Below, in pieces: positions 1-13,589 of a stretch of 64,000 nt of DNA. The notes beneath the pieces were generated by a model. That model was not told the origin of the DNA, searched no databases, and was given only the letters and a program-made list of their open reading frames with translations. The first letter of the stretch is position 1. The number at the start of each line of letters is the position of its first letter. The DNA lies in contig OX597824.1 in the NCBI GenBank assembly GCA_951406725.2, positions 33,728,001 to 33,792,000 on the forward strand, given 5' to 3'. The position numbers and the translations under genes are program-made. This DNA is from Octopus vulgaris. Lineage: Eukaryota.

Positions 1-877
1 AAACCATCTTTTTTTTTTGTTTTTTTTTTTAACAACAATAAATCATATAAAAATAGGAATTTGGTAAGAGTGACAGAGCCTATAAAACAATACTTTAACA
101 AATGTGTCAAGTAGACAAAATTATATATAAGCTTATATATTAAAGAGAAGTTCTACTTCAGAAATTAATATTAATTTCAGCTCTTTTTATAGCAAGTAAT
201 ATCGGGGAAGGAGGCAGGGGAGGGAATTGTTTTTGTTTTTTAAATAATAATTGTGATCTTATGCAAACATGTACACACCTATGAAATGACTCTTGTAGAA
301 AAACAAAAAAAAAATTAAATACAAACTAAATAGTACAACAAACTTACAAATAAAACTGTATTGAGAAAAATTATGAGTAAATATATAGCTTGGTAAATTT
401 CTGAAACAAAATAAAACAAAATAAAAGTGGCATTTACAGACTTCCACAATATATTCTACTAAATGTCATGGAAATTATTCAATATTATGTAAATACACCT
501 TATGGTAAATAATGCTTTAACATTTAGAAAATGTTAATATAAAGAAAACTTTGATGAAACATGTTTAATTGTTACCTTTTACACATAATTTAAACATTTA
601 TAGGAACTAAAATATCATTCTTAGAATCAATTATTTTCTCTCCTAATTTTTTTACATACTCATATGCAATATTTTAATTACTCAAAAATGTCATCTTCAT
701 GAAGATCAATAATTCAGTAGGGATGAACATATTTAAGGTAGAGCAACAAAAATCTAATTTTAAAAAATGTAGATAATAAAAGAAAATATCACTTTAGGTA
801 TTTGGTAAATAGAGGAGACAATGCCAAATGTTTTCATTTTATTAGACCTCCCCAGCAAAGCCTAGCTTTCACCTTAC

Positions 878-931
878 TTGCTGAAGTAATAAGACATCTC
901 ATTTGTTAATTTATAGTGAACTTTTCCATAA
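878..931 (-). other. Candidate small internal exon of a minus-strand host gene (YGKVHYKLTNEMSYYFS)
   Basis: Polypyrimidine acceptor cttgtcttttag and donor AA|gtaagg; 54 nt; one open frame. No recognisable homology. Confidence 0.3.
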
Positions 932-1435
932 CTAAAAGACAAGAATAGTCTTTACCCATAAAAATACCCTACATTAAATCCTAGGTTATACTTTCCTCAA
1001 CATTTACATTTATTATCTTATACTTTACCACATTTTCAACAGGACATCAACTCCTCTAAGTATTCGCTACTTTCAAATAAATGCCAAACATCAAATGATA
1101 GTTTTACCATTCAACAATCTATTGCAATATTGCAAACATTCAATATTTCTGAAAACTATATTCTCTAGGTTGAAATATCAACTACACGAACATGGAAATT
1201 TCTTAACCTTTATTAGACTGAAGTTCTTGTTCATGTTATTGTCATTTCCAAAACTGATTGCTGAAATTCCAACCCAATTTTTAAAAAGAAAACAATGGAA
1301 AGTAAATAACAATACAATTTTGTTTGTATTATTGTTAGAATTCTCTTCCAAAGAAGTATGTGTGCAAGATTAATTACTATTATATGACTATATCTACCTT
1401 TAACAATATGGTTCTAAGCTCCAAAAGTATCTTTC

Positions 1436-1650
1436 ATCATCATCATCATTTAATATTAATTTTCAATCCTGGCATGGGTAGGACAGTTTGGCAGGATGAG
1501 TGATCTGTAAGGCTGCACCAAGCTCCAATGTCAGCTTTGGTGTATGGCTTCTATAGCTGGATGTCCTTCTTAATACCAACAACCATAAGGTGTGTACTGG
1601 ATGCTTCTTTTTTTCATGTCATCAGCACCAGTAAGATCACTAAGTAAATT
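1436..1650 (-). mobile_element. Degenerate RTE LINE 3' UTR fragment
   Basis: (CAT)n tail followed by sequence resembling the reverse complement of 8570-8710 (ggcatgggtaggacagtttg ... gctggatgtccttctta). Confidence 0.65.
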
Positions 1651-2962
1651 GCAAGACAAGGAAAGAACATGAAAAAGGAAAAAGAAAGGAGTGCATGTTT
1701 ATTTCTCACTTCATTGAGCTCCCCTTTGAGAAACCTTTACAATCGAAAACTGTCTAAAAATGATCAATGGAAAAGATATTTTAGATATTAAGGGCCGAAA
1801 ATTACTGTTTAGAAATCTTGGATTATTTTAAACTTTGAAAAGGAAACTAAAACCGTCTCTTTTCACCAATGCAAAATATTATCTCTAGGCTTTAACCAAC
1901 TTCAGTAATACCCCAAATCACTATCTATCTAATACTATCTAAATACTATACATATTTAGCAGTAGCAGCAGCATCACCATTGTTTGTGACATCTGTAGAG
2001 CCAGTCAGTATCATAAGCATTAAAATTATATAAATTCACTTACTTTGCAAAATGAAGATATCACATCTTGAAAAGAGGAATAAAGCAGACTAAGAATTAG
2101 TCTTGGAATGGCATAGTAAATGTAATTTACAAATTTAAAGTGGATAAAGTTATAAAATAATAAATAAGAACTAATAACCTACAAATTTAATGCAATCAAA
2201 ATTATTAAAAACAAAAAAAAGCTGTTACTAAAAAGAAAATATGTTGTTTTTTTTTTCCTAATTAAACAATTCTCAACAACAAGGTTTCAGCAAGATGTGG
2301 CAATGCTGGGACACTGTCGTTATAATGTACAGTTTTTACAAATAATTGTTTCTCTATTACATAACAGGAGTTTTGAATTGTTTCTAGTAATTAAAAATAG
2401 GAACTAATATGTTTAACCATATTTTGTTAGCTAGTTTCTGTATTGAAATGCTCTGCCTTCATTTCAATTAATTTTAAAAATAATGAAAAATTTGGTAAAA
2501 TAACAGATAAGCTGGTGTTTGGAACATAAATTAGCATGTAACTTCAATGAATAGTTTTAATTCTATCACAATAAGGTTTTATCATAGAACCAGGGACAGT
2601 CTTGGGTGAGTTGGCAACAAAAGGATAAAGAACAACTATATGTATGCATCCGTAACCCTTTTAAACCAGTCATAACAAGTGCATATATCCTACCTGTTTT
2701 AATTGCTGGTAGGGACACTATATTTCATTTTTTAAAATTGTTACATATTACCAAGTATATTAAAAGTTTATAAGTCAGTATTGTGTCCTACTTCTGTGTT
2801 AGCAGTGTGCTGTTGTCATTTTAAAATTTATCTCAGCAGATTTCATTTCATAGAATTTAGAGCCAGTAATGAAAGTTACATAATGGGATTATGTGGTTAG
2901 AGAGATCATGTGGTACTGAAAAAGGAGCAATAACTCCTGAAATATCTATATACACCCATTAC

Positions 2963-3000
2963 CTATCTTCCCATCTTTGCATTGTTTACATGGATGTTTC
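2963..3000 (-). other. Candidate micro-exon (KHPCKQCKDGKI)
   Basis: Acceptor tttcttatatag and donor AG|gtaatg; 38 nt; one open frame. Confidence 0.2.
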
Positions 3001-3061
3001 CTATATAAGAAACATAAATTTCAGAGCTGGCTCTAAACTCTATAAAAAATCTGTAGCGATA

Positions 3062-3256
3062 AACTTTAAAATCTACCTGTTTTCTGCTCAAACTGATCAT
3101 ATCCACCCTTTTACACATACCCTGCAATGTCATTTTAAAACTACACATCAAAACCACTTCATTAAAATCTTGATGCTATGAGATAATGCATGATTCATTC
3201 AAAACAATGTAAATAAATAAGCATTGCATTTGATATAGTAATCTGAATGCTAAAGG
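3062..3256 (-). mobile_element. piggyBac-like MITE copy, same family as 9831-10053
   Basis: Reverse complement of the 9.8 kb and 16.7 kb copies (gagataatgcatgatt ... ctgaatgctaaagg). Confidence 0.6.
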
Positions 3257-3759
3257 CTTCTTCTACTTACATGTGACTCATATCATTTCTTTGTTTCCCA
3301 TTTTTGGATAGGATGGAGTGTATTAAGTGGGGAAGAAGGGACTGTACCAAAGTTATTGTTTGAATACCCAAGACTGGTAGTCAAACGACAGCAGTTCATG
3401 CTTGGTTTAAACACTTAGCAGTCAATATTGTCTATAGGAAAATTGTTTACAGGAACAGTATTCCAAAGGCTGACATTCTGGGTAGGAAAGATTGTGCCTG
3501 GTCGGTAAGACTCTAGTTGCATGTTTGACAAGAGATGTCAAAGTTAGATGTAGATGACAGCTGCTTGTATAAAAGGTGAGGTGTCATCTAGAAAACAGTG
3601 AAGGTTGTTAGAGATGACAGTAGCAAGTTAATGTTAACATGAAATGTTTCCTGTTTAACAGTAAACATACAGCTGTAATAACTGAATACAATTGAACTTT
3701 ATTTCAGTATTTCTACCAAGTAACAGTAGCTTGTTTTGTTGGCAGGAAAATGCAAAGGA

Positions 3760-4092
3760 GATCGTTTCGTAGCCACAGGGGTTCAGGTTCAGTCTCACTT
3801 AATGACACCTTGGGCAAGTGGCTTCTAATATAACCCTGGGTCAACCAATGTCTTGTGAGTGAATTTGGTAGATGAAAACTGTGCGGAAGCTCATCATAGA
3901 AGTGTGTGTGTGATCCTCCACCTCACTTGGTAACCAATGTCAGTTTGGTTTAAGTCCCCATGACTTAGCAGTTCAGCATAAGAGTCTGAAAAAGTAAGTA
4001 CTGATATCAATTTATTTGACTAAACCCTTCAAGGCAGTGCCCCAGGATGGCTGCAGTCCAATGATTGAGACAAGTAAAATACAAAAGATAAG
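3760..4092 (+). mobile_element. Old tRNA-derived SINE, family A
   Basis: ggttcagtctcact ... ccttgggcaagtg ... tttggtagatgaaaactg ... aaggcagtgccccaggatggctgcagtc; heavily CpG-decayed. Confidence 0.75.
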
Positions 4093-4469
4093 ATATTTAA
4101 AATTATCCTTTATCCAGAAATGCAATGTTTGAAAAGAAAGATAACATTTGTTTTGGTTCTCAGAATATTAGTATCAAATCCTTGCACAATTGACATTATC
4201 TTATGTCTCTCGGAGATATATAAGAATCACTGATATACCAGGATTAATTCAGTTAACTATATTGATCTCCAGCATAAATTGACCTATATCTAAAGAAGAA
4301 AGCAATATTGTGCTGCTTCCAAACAGTACAGGGGCAGAAATGGTTAATATTTCTACGTTGTTAAAAAACATCACACCAACATGATAGCTGTTAGAGGTTG
4401 GGTAGATTTAAGCTTGTTTTGCATCCTCTAATATCGTTTAAATAGGCTTCCTAGCTTTAACTGTTTTAC

Positions 4470-4511
4470 CTGCATACTGTGGAGAGAATTTATCAAATTA
4501 ACAAGCCCAAA
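4470..4511 (-). other. Candidate small exon (FGLVNLINSLHSMQ, phase 0-0)
   Basis: Acceptor gatatttcag and donor CAG|gtaaaa; phase compatible with the candidate exon at 10628-10760. Confidence 0.2.
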
Positions 4512-6692
4512 CTGAAATATCAGCACCCAACTCACATATATAGGGTGCAAAGGATCTGTGAGGGGTCAGCCAAGCCTTATTGGATTTAAAATTGTAGGAT
4601 GTACAATTGCTAGGTGAGGGTCATTTACAATGCCTGGTCAATTAGGAGGGCCCTGCAGTGTGCATGAAGGCTACAGCTGTGAATCTGAATAAAGCTGACC
4701 ATGAACACAATACTACTTAGAACGGTCCTTGCAGACATTTCGCATGGTAGATGGTCAGTGATTGTCTTCTTTGCTCATGGGTGGATAGCCATCATCATCA
4801 TCATATATACATGAATACATACATACATGAAGAATTCATGTTTACATATATACATAACTACAGACAATCATACATACACAAATACACCCAAATGTAGGTA
4901 CACACACACACACACATATGTGCAAACATGAACAACTACATACTTAAATAGAAATACAACTGTACACATACACCCACATACATTCATACACACGTATTTA
5001 TATGCATATATGTACATATACATAGCTATTTGCCTACCTGCTATTTCTTACACAATGAACCCGGAACCATGTGGTTGGTAAGCAAGCTACTAACCACACG
5101 GCCATTCCTGTGCCTATTATATATATATTTATTATACATATACATATATATATACATACATATATATATATATATTATACGACGGGGTCGGGGGCGTGGG
5201 TATACTTCTTGCGGAGAAATGGGTAGATAAGGTAATCAAGGTAGTCAGAGTAAGTGACAGAGTAATTAAAATTAGATTAGTGCTTCACCATAGGTCAGCT
5301 ACCATCATCTCGGCATATGCCCCTCAACCAGGGCTACCGGAAGGACAAAAAGACCAATTCTATGACACCCTATTGCGGACTACCTCGTTGACAAATGAGT
5401 GACCTTCTCTTTGTGGCAGGTGATTTCAATTGACATGTTGGACGGCATGTCGGGGGCTTCCATGGCATTCATGGAGGCTACGGTTTTGGCTCTCGTAATG
5501 AGGAGGGAACCAGGCTGCTGGAGTTCTGCGATGCAAATGACCTTATGGTCTGCAATATCAACTTCAGGAAACCCACCTCTCACCTAGTCACCTACCGTTC
5601 TGGCAGACACACTAGCCAGATTGACTACATTCTTGCCAGAAAAAGGGAAGGAGGGCTGCTTATAAATGCCAAAACCTTTCCAGGCGAAAAATGTACTCCT
5701 CAACATAGATTAGTAGTTAGCGACTTCAGGATCAGAGCTAAATGGTTGCCCAGAAGAAGACCAGCTTGGAGGAGAAGGGTCTGGAAGCTTAAAGATCCTG
5801 CAAATAGACAGAGATTTAGAGACATACTACTCGAAGCCTTTGACGAAATAGAAGGGGATATAGCTTCACTTAATGTGGAAGACAACTGGAGATTTCTATG
5901 GGACAATCTGCTGACAGCTACTGACCAGATCTGTGGATGGAGCAAAGTACCATCTCGACCCAGAGTAACATGGTGGTGGAACACTGTGGTTGACAGGGCT
6001 ATTAGACAAAAGAGACAGGCTTGGAAGGACTGGAAGAACGGTGGTAGCAGGGAATTGTATCAGACAGCCAGAAGGGAAGCTAGGAGACAGGTTTATTTAG
6101 CCAGAGGGGAAGCGGATAAGAAAAAAATTTGCCAATGTTCTGAGCCGTGAGGATGAAAGACTTGAGGTATTTCGTGTTGCAAGACAGTGTGTGAGAGAGA
6201 ACCGTGATGTGGTAGGAGAGAAGTGTGTTCGCATGGATGATGGTTCACTTGTGCTAAATGAGGATGCAAAGAGAGAGGTTTGGAGATGCCACTATGAAAG
6301 GTTGCTGAATAAAGAAAATGAATGGGATAAAGAGAGTCTGCCGAATGTCAACCCAACAGAGGGACCAGCCATCCGAGTTAAAAATTCTTTGGTAGTTAAA
6401 GCAATTAGAAGCATGAAGACAGGGAAAGCCTCAGGCCCATCAGGAATTACTGCAGAGATGCTCAAAATATCTGGCAGTGTCGGCTATAACCTAGTCACCC
6501 GTATAGTCAACCAGGTGATACACGAAGGAGTCATACCCAATGACTGGTGTAGCAGCATACTAGTCAACTGCTACAAAGGTAAAGGTGATGCCCTAGATAC
6601 AAATAATTACAGAGGTATCAAGCTGTTGGATCAGGTAATGAAGGTTACGGAGAGGGTCATAGCCCAACTAATTAGAGAGAGAGTTAGTTTAG

Positions 6693-7955
6693 ATGAGATG
6701 CAGTTTGGGTTTGTGCCAGGGAAAAGTACCACTGATGGTAAGGCAGCTGCAGGAGAAATACCTAGCCAAAGATAAGCCCCTGTACCTGGCTTTCGTTGAC
6801 ATGGAGAAAGCCTTTGATAGGATCCCCCGATCCCTTATCTGGTGGTCAATGAGGAAACTAGGGATAGATGAATGGCTGGTGAGGGCTATGCAAGCCATGT
6901 ACAGAGATGCCGTAAGTAAGGTTAGGGTTGGCAACATGTACACAGAAGAATTCAAAGAAGAGGTTGGGGTCCACCAGGGTTCAGTACTCAGACCCCTCCT
7001 ATTTATCATAGTCCTCCAGGCAATTACGGAGGAATTCAAGACAGGTTGCCCCTGGGAGCTCCTCTACGCTGACGACCTTGCTCTAATTGCTGAGTCACTA
7101 TCAGAACTGGAGGAGAAGTTCCAGGTGTGGAAGGAGGGTTTAGAATCAAGGGGCCTTAGAGTCAACCTAGCTAAAACCAAAGTACTAATAAGTAGGAAGG
7201 TAGACAATCCACAAATGTCTTCAGGAAGATGGCCCTGCTCGATCTGTAGAAAAGGTGTAGGTAGAAACTCTATAAGAGGTACCCAGTGTAAGCTATGGAC
7301 ACATAAGAGGTGCAGCAATGTCAAAGGTAGGCTAACTGGGAAGATAGTTTTTGTATGTGGCAGATGCTCGGGAGCATTAACCTTCGAAAATCATCAGAAA
7401 ACAACTTCCGTCACTTCCCAGGGGAAAAAACTAGAAGTAGTTGATAGCTTCCGTTATCTAGGTGACCAAGTCAGTAGTGGGGGTGGGTGCACTGAAAGTG
7501 TAACTGCTAGAATAAGAATAGCCTGGGCAAAGTTTAGGGAGCTCTTACCTCTGCTGGTGACTAAAGGCCTCTCGCTCAGAGTAAAAGGCAGACTGTATGA
7601 TGCATGTGTACGAACAGCCATGCTACATGGCAGTGAAACATGGGCCGTGACTGCTGAAGACATGCGTAAGCTCGTGAGGAATGAAGCCAGTATGCTCCGA
7701 TGGATGTGTAATGTCAGTGTACATACTCGACAGAGCATTAGTACCTTGAGAGAAATGTTGTACCTAAGAAGCATCAGTTGTGGTGTGCAAGAGAGACGAT
7801 TGCACTGGTATGGTCATGTGGCGAGAATGGATGAAGTTAGGTGTGTGAGAAAGTGCCAATCCCTAGCAGTTGAGGGAACCCATGGAAGAGGTAGACCCCA
7901 GGAAAACCTGGGACGAGGTGGTGAAGCACGACCTTCGAACTTTAGGCCTCACTGA
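6693..7955 (+). pseudogene. RTE reverse transcriptase, longest uninterrupted segment, with an inserted Cys-rich PHD-like finger
   Basis: 420-aa ORF with YADD and WPCSICRK ... QCKLWTHKRC ... FVCGRC. Confidence 0.9.
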
Positions 7956-8102
7956 GGAAATGACCAGCGACCGAGACCTTTGGAAATATGCTGTACGTGA
8001 GAAGACCAGGCAGGACAAGTGAGCCCAGCCCACTTATGAATGCCTTTCCTCCCTTGGACACAAAGACCTGTTGAGGCAAGCGAAGTCGATATAGAACCTC
8101 AT

Positions 8103-8496
8103 CCGACGACAGGCACCCATGCCAACCCCCTTTGCTTGCGAAGACATGTTGGGGCAAGCGAAAGCGAAATCGAAATCGAATTGAACCAGTCAGGATCCCT
8201 GGTCTGGTGGTACGTAAAAAGCACTATCCGACTCGTGGCCGATGCCAGTGCCGCCTCCACTGGCTTCCGTGCCGGTGGCACGTAAAATACACCAATCCGA
8301 CCGTACGACAGGCACCCATGCCAACCCCCGCTTTGCTTGCGAAGACATGTTGGGGCAAGCGAAAGCAAAATCGAATTGAACCAGCCAGGATCCCTGGTCT
8401 GGTGGTACGTAAAAAGCACTATCCGACTCGTGGCCGATGCCAGCGCCGCCTCGACTGGCTTCCGTGCCGGTGGCACATAAAATACACCAATCCGAC
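8103..8496 (+). repeat. Tandem duplication of about 195 bp in the RTE 3' UTR
   Basis: cgacaggcacccatgccaacccc ... aatacaccaatccgac occurs twice, starting near 8106 and 8306. Confidence 0.9.
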
Positions 8497-8899
8497 TGTG
8501 GCCGTTGCCAGCCTCTCCTGGCACCTGTGCAGGTGGCACGTAAAAAGCACCCACTACACTCACGGAGTGGTTGGCGTTAGGAAGGGCATCCAGCTGTAGA
8601 AACATTGCCAGAAAAGACTGGAGCCTGGTGCAGCCTTCTGGCTTCCCAGATCCCCGGTCGAACCGTCCAACCCATGCTAGCATGGAGAACGGATGTTAAA
8701 CGATGATGATATATATATTATACATATATATACACATACAAACATATATATACACATACATATATATATACACACACACATGCCTATATACACACATGCA
8801 TACATACACACACATACATATATACACACACACATATATATATATACACATATATATATACACACATATATACACAAACACACATGCATAAATATTATG

Positions 8900-9050
8900 A
8901 GCTTCCACACAGTTTCTATTTACCAAATTCACTTGCAAGGCATAGATTAACCAATGGCTAAAATAGGAAACACTTACCCAAGGTGCCACACAATAGGACT
9001 GAACCCAAAACCACATAGCTGCAAAGCAAGCTTCTTAGCCACACAGTCAT
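8900..9050 (-). mobile_element. SINE family A, 5' half
   Basis: Reverse complement of the SINE head (cacttacccaaggtgccac ... gactgaaccc ... ccacacag). Confidence 0.75.
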
Positions 9051-9830
9051 AACCAAACAACATACAAGCAACCACTGCATAATGGAGAAAGCACATTGAA
9101 GAAGAAGAAGAATATTTCAGAGTTTGACCTTGTTAGTTGTTTCCCAGTATTTAATCAACTTCCTCAGTGTTCATCGGTCTACTGATGTAGAGCTTGGCTG
9201 CTAGTCAAAAATAGCAGCAGGTTTAGTCGTATTCCACATGCTGTAGTATCCTGTTAGAGAGTGGGTTGCAGTTGGTGACAAGAATTTCGACACCAAATGA
9301 ATGTTTAACTGAAGTTAACAGTCTTGGTGTGTTTTTTGAATGGTTAATGTGTCTTTTCTATATTGTAATTTTTAAGAGAAAAGACCATTTTAACCTTTTC
9401 TGATAACAGTCATTATATGACTGTTTTATTGTATTATGTGGAATTGCTGCCAGGATCTATATTAAAACCACTGTCTATATTGACAAGAGCATGAATTAAT
9501 ATTTAATGATAGCCTGTAATTATATTTGCTTTGATGAAACAAAACTAATTCAAATTTAAAATAGTCAACACCACAACTTGCAGCTTACATCTAAATGTCA
9601 AACGATACTTTTTAACTTATTTTTTTAATGATCCCATGAGTTATTGAATTGACCTCATCCATTCACACTTCTATTCCTGCCAAAATTGATTTTACCATTC
9701 TTCTTGTCAGTCAAATAAAACACAGCAAGCTATTCAAATGATAACACTTACTTCACGAAAGTTTAGCTTACATCCTGATGAGAAAAGTCAAACTTACACC
9801 AAGTGTTACTTTGTTACCATTTATTTTTAA

Positions 9831-10053
9831 CCCTTTAGCATCTGAATATAATGCTTATTTATTCACATTCTTTTGAAGCAATCATGTATTATCTCATAAC
9901 TCTCAATGATGTAATTGAAAACATATAAGATTTCAATGATGTAATGGTTTATTTTTAGAATGGCATTGTAGGATAGGTGTGAAAGTCTAGATCTGGCCAG
10001 TTTGAACAGGTAGAATATTTGAAATGGATATGGCCAGTTTAATTGCTAATGGG
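9831..10053 (+). mobile_element. piggyBac-like MITE
   Basis: ttaa|ccctttagca ... tgctaatggg|ttaa: CCC/GGG termini, short TIR and TTAA TSD. Confidence 0.8.
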
Positions 10054-10627
10054 TTAATCAGCCAGTTCATTCATTAATAATTCCTGCATCACCTGAATTA
10101 TGGACCCTAAGGTGAAAGGGAGCCTTAGTTTATTGAAATCTAGAAACAGTCTTAATTTTGTAGATTAACCTTTAGGAATTGGTAAAATATAGGTATAGAA
10201 TACACCTGCATCTTATAATAGATTACTCATTTATTACTGGAATAAACTGTAAAACTACTACTGCTGATTTACATAGAAGAAATCCTATTGTTAATTTTCC
10301 CTGAAGAAATAATTATGGATGATTACTAATTGTAGTCAATTTTTACAGGTAAACAAGAAAAATTTTACCAAAAATTATTAGAAATAAGAATATTATGTAA
10401 TTATGATAAACAATGAAAACTAGGGAGTAAAGAAAAAATACTTATGTTAAGACTGGTAGCGAGAAATGAGAGAAAGAAAAAAAAAATCAAAGAGAAAAAT
10501 ATGTAGAATAATATATGGAGAGAGCATAAAAGAGATATTTTAATATGTAGGTAGGTAGAGAGAGATAAAGAGAGAAAGGTTTAGTGAAAATGTATGAAAT
10601 TTACAAAATAATTTCAAAGCCCACTAC

Positions 10628-10760
10628 CTTGTTTTGAAGGATAGGGATTTCCATACGAAAAAAACGGTAAAATTCCATTCCTTTTCAATTATTTCTGTTG
10701 AGCATTACCGAGCTTTGACAATAATTTATTGTTTTGTTTCTATTTCAAATCCAGCAATCC
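10628..10760 (-). other. Candidate exon with 5' UTR and start codon (MEFYRFFRMEIPILQNK, CDS 10678-10628)
   Basis: Acceptor ttttatttttaag, donor AAG|gtagtg; ATG preceded by an in-frame stop; keeps three CpGs in otherwise CpG-depleted DNA. Confidence 0.35.
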
Positions 10761-11790
10761 CTTAAAAATAAAATAAAATTCATGAATGCAAATGTCTAAA
10801 TGTTTGAAATAAGCGGTTGTCAATAAATTACTCATCATCATCATCATCATCATTATTATTTAATGTTCATTTTTCTTGAAGGCAGGTGTCAGGTTTACTA
10901 TGTGTATAACCAGGAATAAGATGCCTGACAACCCTTGGAGATGAAATCAGCCACAATAAAATGAATATCAGAACATTCATAATCTTATTAATAAATGTAG
11001 TTCCATTATTGTGTGAATAGTTCCTGATATTAAATATTCATTGAGAACTATTTTTCAGAATGCAAATATTTCCCCCATTACTATATGTTTGTTTAAGTTA
11101 GTGCCCATATCCAGGTCCATCTCACAGCATTTCAGTGTGACAGGAACCTTGAATGCAGATAATCTGCAAAGACTACAAAGAAATGAAGAAAGCATGCTTC
11201 ATTGAATGAACAACAAAGTACAAATCAGCTCAGAAACAAACTGGTTACAAAAGGAATCAAAAGCAAAAAAAATCACTTTGTTTCCACTCAAACTTTAAGG
11301 ATAATAAAAAGAAGGAAACAAAAGAAGAAAAAAAAAGGTAACTCATTTTCTCAGCATAATTACCATTTTAAGAATTTCTGCTGTTATTGCAACAAAAATT
11401 AAGATAAAGAAGCAATTTACAACTGGCTGAATTTCATACAAGAAATTGCTTGACAATTTGTATTTGAAAGATAAGGTTTAAAATATTCTTCTAGTGATTA
11501 CCATCATCATCGTTTTACATCCACTTGTGCATGCTTGCATGGGTCAAACGAAATTCCTCAAGGAAGATTTTCTACTGCTGGAGGCTCTTCCTGTTAACAA
11601 CCTACTCATGCTTCCAAGCAAGGTAATATTTCCCCATGGCCAAATATGTTTACATGGAAGAATGGAAACAAAGGGTGCTTCTTGTATGATGGTGATACTA
11701 TCATTTTCTGCATGATGTTACAAATACATATATGTATACATATAAACATGTGCAAATTATGCATGAATTAGAAAATGGTAGTGAGTGAAG

Positions 11791-11955
11791 ATTTAGTAAA
11801 TATAATTATAAGCTTTCACTGCATACTGACTATAGAAAATAGTTTAATGCCCATAAGAGAAATTTTTGTTCTATTATGGGGGTTTATATGCCCTAATATT
11901 AGTCTATTTTCTATAGTCAGTATACAGTCGAAGCTTATAATTCTATTTACTAAAT
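11791..11955. repeat. Fold-back hairpin / palindromic MITE
   Basis: atttagtaaatataattataagctttcactgcatactgactatagaaaatag versus ctattttctatagtcagtatacagtcgaagcttataattctatttactaaat. Confidence 0.8.
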
Positions 11956-11989
11956 ACATGCTGCAGCCATCATCTGTATTTCCTGCTGT

Positions 11990-12150
11990 TAAATAAGCTC
12001 ATCTGGAACCCTTGACAGGAGGAGATCCAGTTTTGTTTTGAAGAGACCTACATTCACACCAGGCAGGTCTCTGAGGCATTTTGGAAGGATATTGAAGAGC
12101 TGTGGGCCCTTGAAACTCAAGCTGTTGCAGTATTTAGTCTTGTATTTTGA
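11990..12150 (-). mobile_element. CR1/L2-like LINE 3' ORF2 fragment
   Basis: Homologous to 23565-23720 (GPQLFNILP ... LRD ... FKTKLDLLLS). Confidence 0.6.
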
Positions 12151-12179
12151 TGGCAATAATAATATATGAATGTGTGAGC

Positions 12180-12445
12180 ATGTTTGTTACCGTTTACTTG
12201 TCTTGACATGACGTGACAGTTGTAAACTGTCATGCAAGTGGTGTCCATTTTCAATCTTCCATGAAAACATGTCCAGTGATGGGGAAATATTACCTTGCTT
12301 GGAGACAGGTGAAGGTTGGTGACAGAAAGGGCAGTTGGCTGTAGAAAATCTGCCTCAATGAATTCTGTCAGACCTATGCAAACATGGAAAAGTTGACATT
12401 TTTATGACGATGATTGATGGTGATGCTGATGAAGATGATGATGAT
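12180..12445 (+). mobile_element. RTE-type 3' UTR fragment with (GAT)n tail
   Basis: ggttggtgacagaaagggc ... gctgtagaaaatctgcc ... catggaaaagttgac plus (gat)n; an inverse copy lies at 11500-11710. Confidence 0.6.
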
Positions 12446-13019
12446 GTGATCTGAGGTGATATTAACATAGCTAATTTCCTGTCCAGCCACAAATACCAAT
12501 GACAAACATGAATATTTAAAAACATCCTGTGGCATCTTTAGTTTCTCATTTAAATAAAAGATACCAAGTGATGTGATGTTAAATCAATATTGTAAACAAA
12601 AGCAGTACAACTAAGAGACAGGCTGAAAATCAATGGTAGAGAAAAACATGAAATAGCTAGAAGAGCATCAAGGAATCAGGTACACACACTATATATAATT
12701 AGATAAAGATATTTATGGCTAGTCTAAGGGAGTTTCCCTGAGTTTTATGTCCATAAAGCACTTAACTTTACAGTGTCGCTTCAGACCCTAATGGCCAGTG
12801 GCCTATAATGTCTCTTCAAAGTGGAGGGAGAAAAGACCTTGTGGCTAGTTGTTGAACACACTGACAAAGGAGAAAGGCTGAATGCAAGGGATTGTCTCTC
12901 TCTTAGACCACTATCCGTAACTGACCTGTTTGGCTTGTGGGTGTCAGGACTTCCTAATTACTCTACTGCTATAAAAGTTTGAATGTACTTATCTTTCAGA
13001 ATTATGATTTACTAACAAT

Positions 13020-13331
<312 letters not shown>

Positions 13332-13589
13332 GGTCATCCTATAAATAATGCAGTTTTTTATACTTCTTTTATTTTTCAAAATTAAGATAAATGAAGTTCT
13401 TTTTTAATCTAAAATATACTCTCCTTCATTTTCTACAATGCTCTTCCATCTATCAGGTAGACTTGCAAGGCCCCTCTTCCAAAATTCACTTGTCTGTCAT
13501 GAAAAATATGCCTCCAGTACTGTTCTGACCTCATCTATAGAATTCATATTTTTGCCGTCCAAATGATTTTGAAAACTATGGAATAAATG

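Larger units (their letters stand above)
5180..8710 (+). mobile_element. RTE-clade LINE retrotransposon, 5'-truncated and frameshifted
   Basis: APE endonuclease motifs (IISAYAPQ, SQIDYIL, QHRLV); RT motifs (NYRGIKLL, AFVDMEKAFD, GVHQGS, LLYADD, FRYLG); C-terminal RRLHWYGHV ... GRGRP; 3' UTR ending in (GAT)n. Frameshifts near 5400, 6130, 6735 and 7900. Confidence 0.95.

Noticed and set aside
2891-3181. ORFs 2891-3181 (+) and 2963-3157 (-)
   Set aside because: They overlap a piggyBac-like MITE and show no coding signature.
8040-8683. Overlapping GC-rich ORFs of 155-194 aa
   Set aside because: They lie in the duplicated RTE 3' UTR and show no protein motifs.
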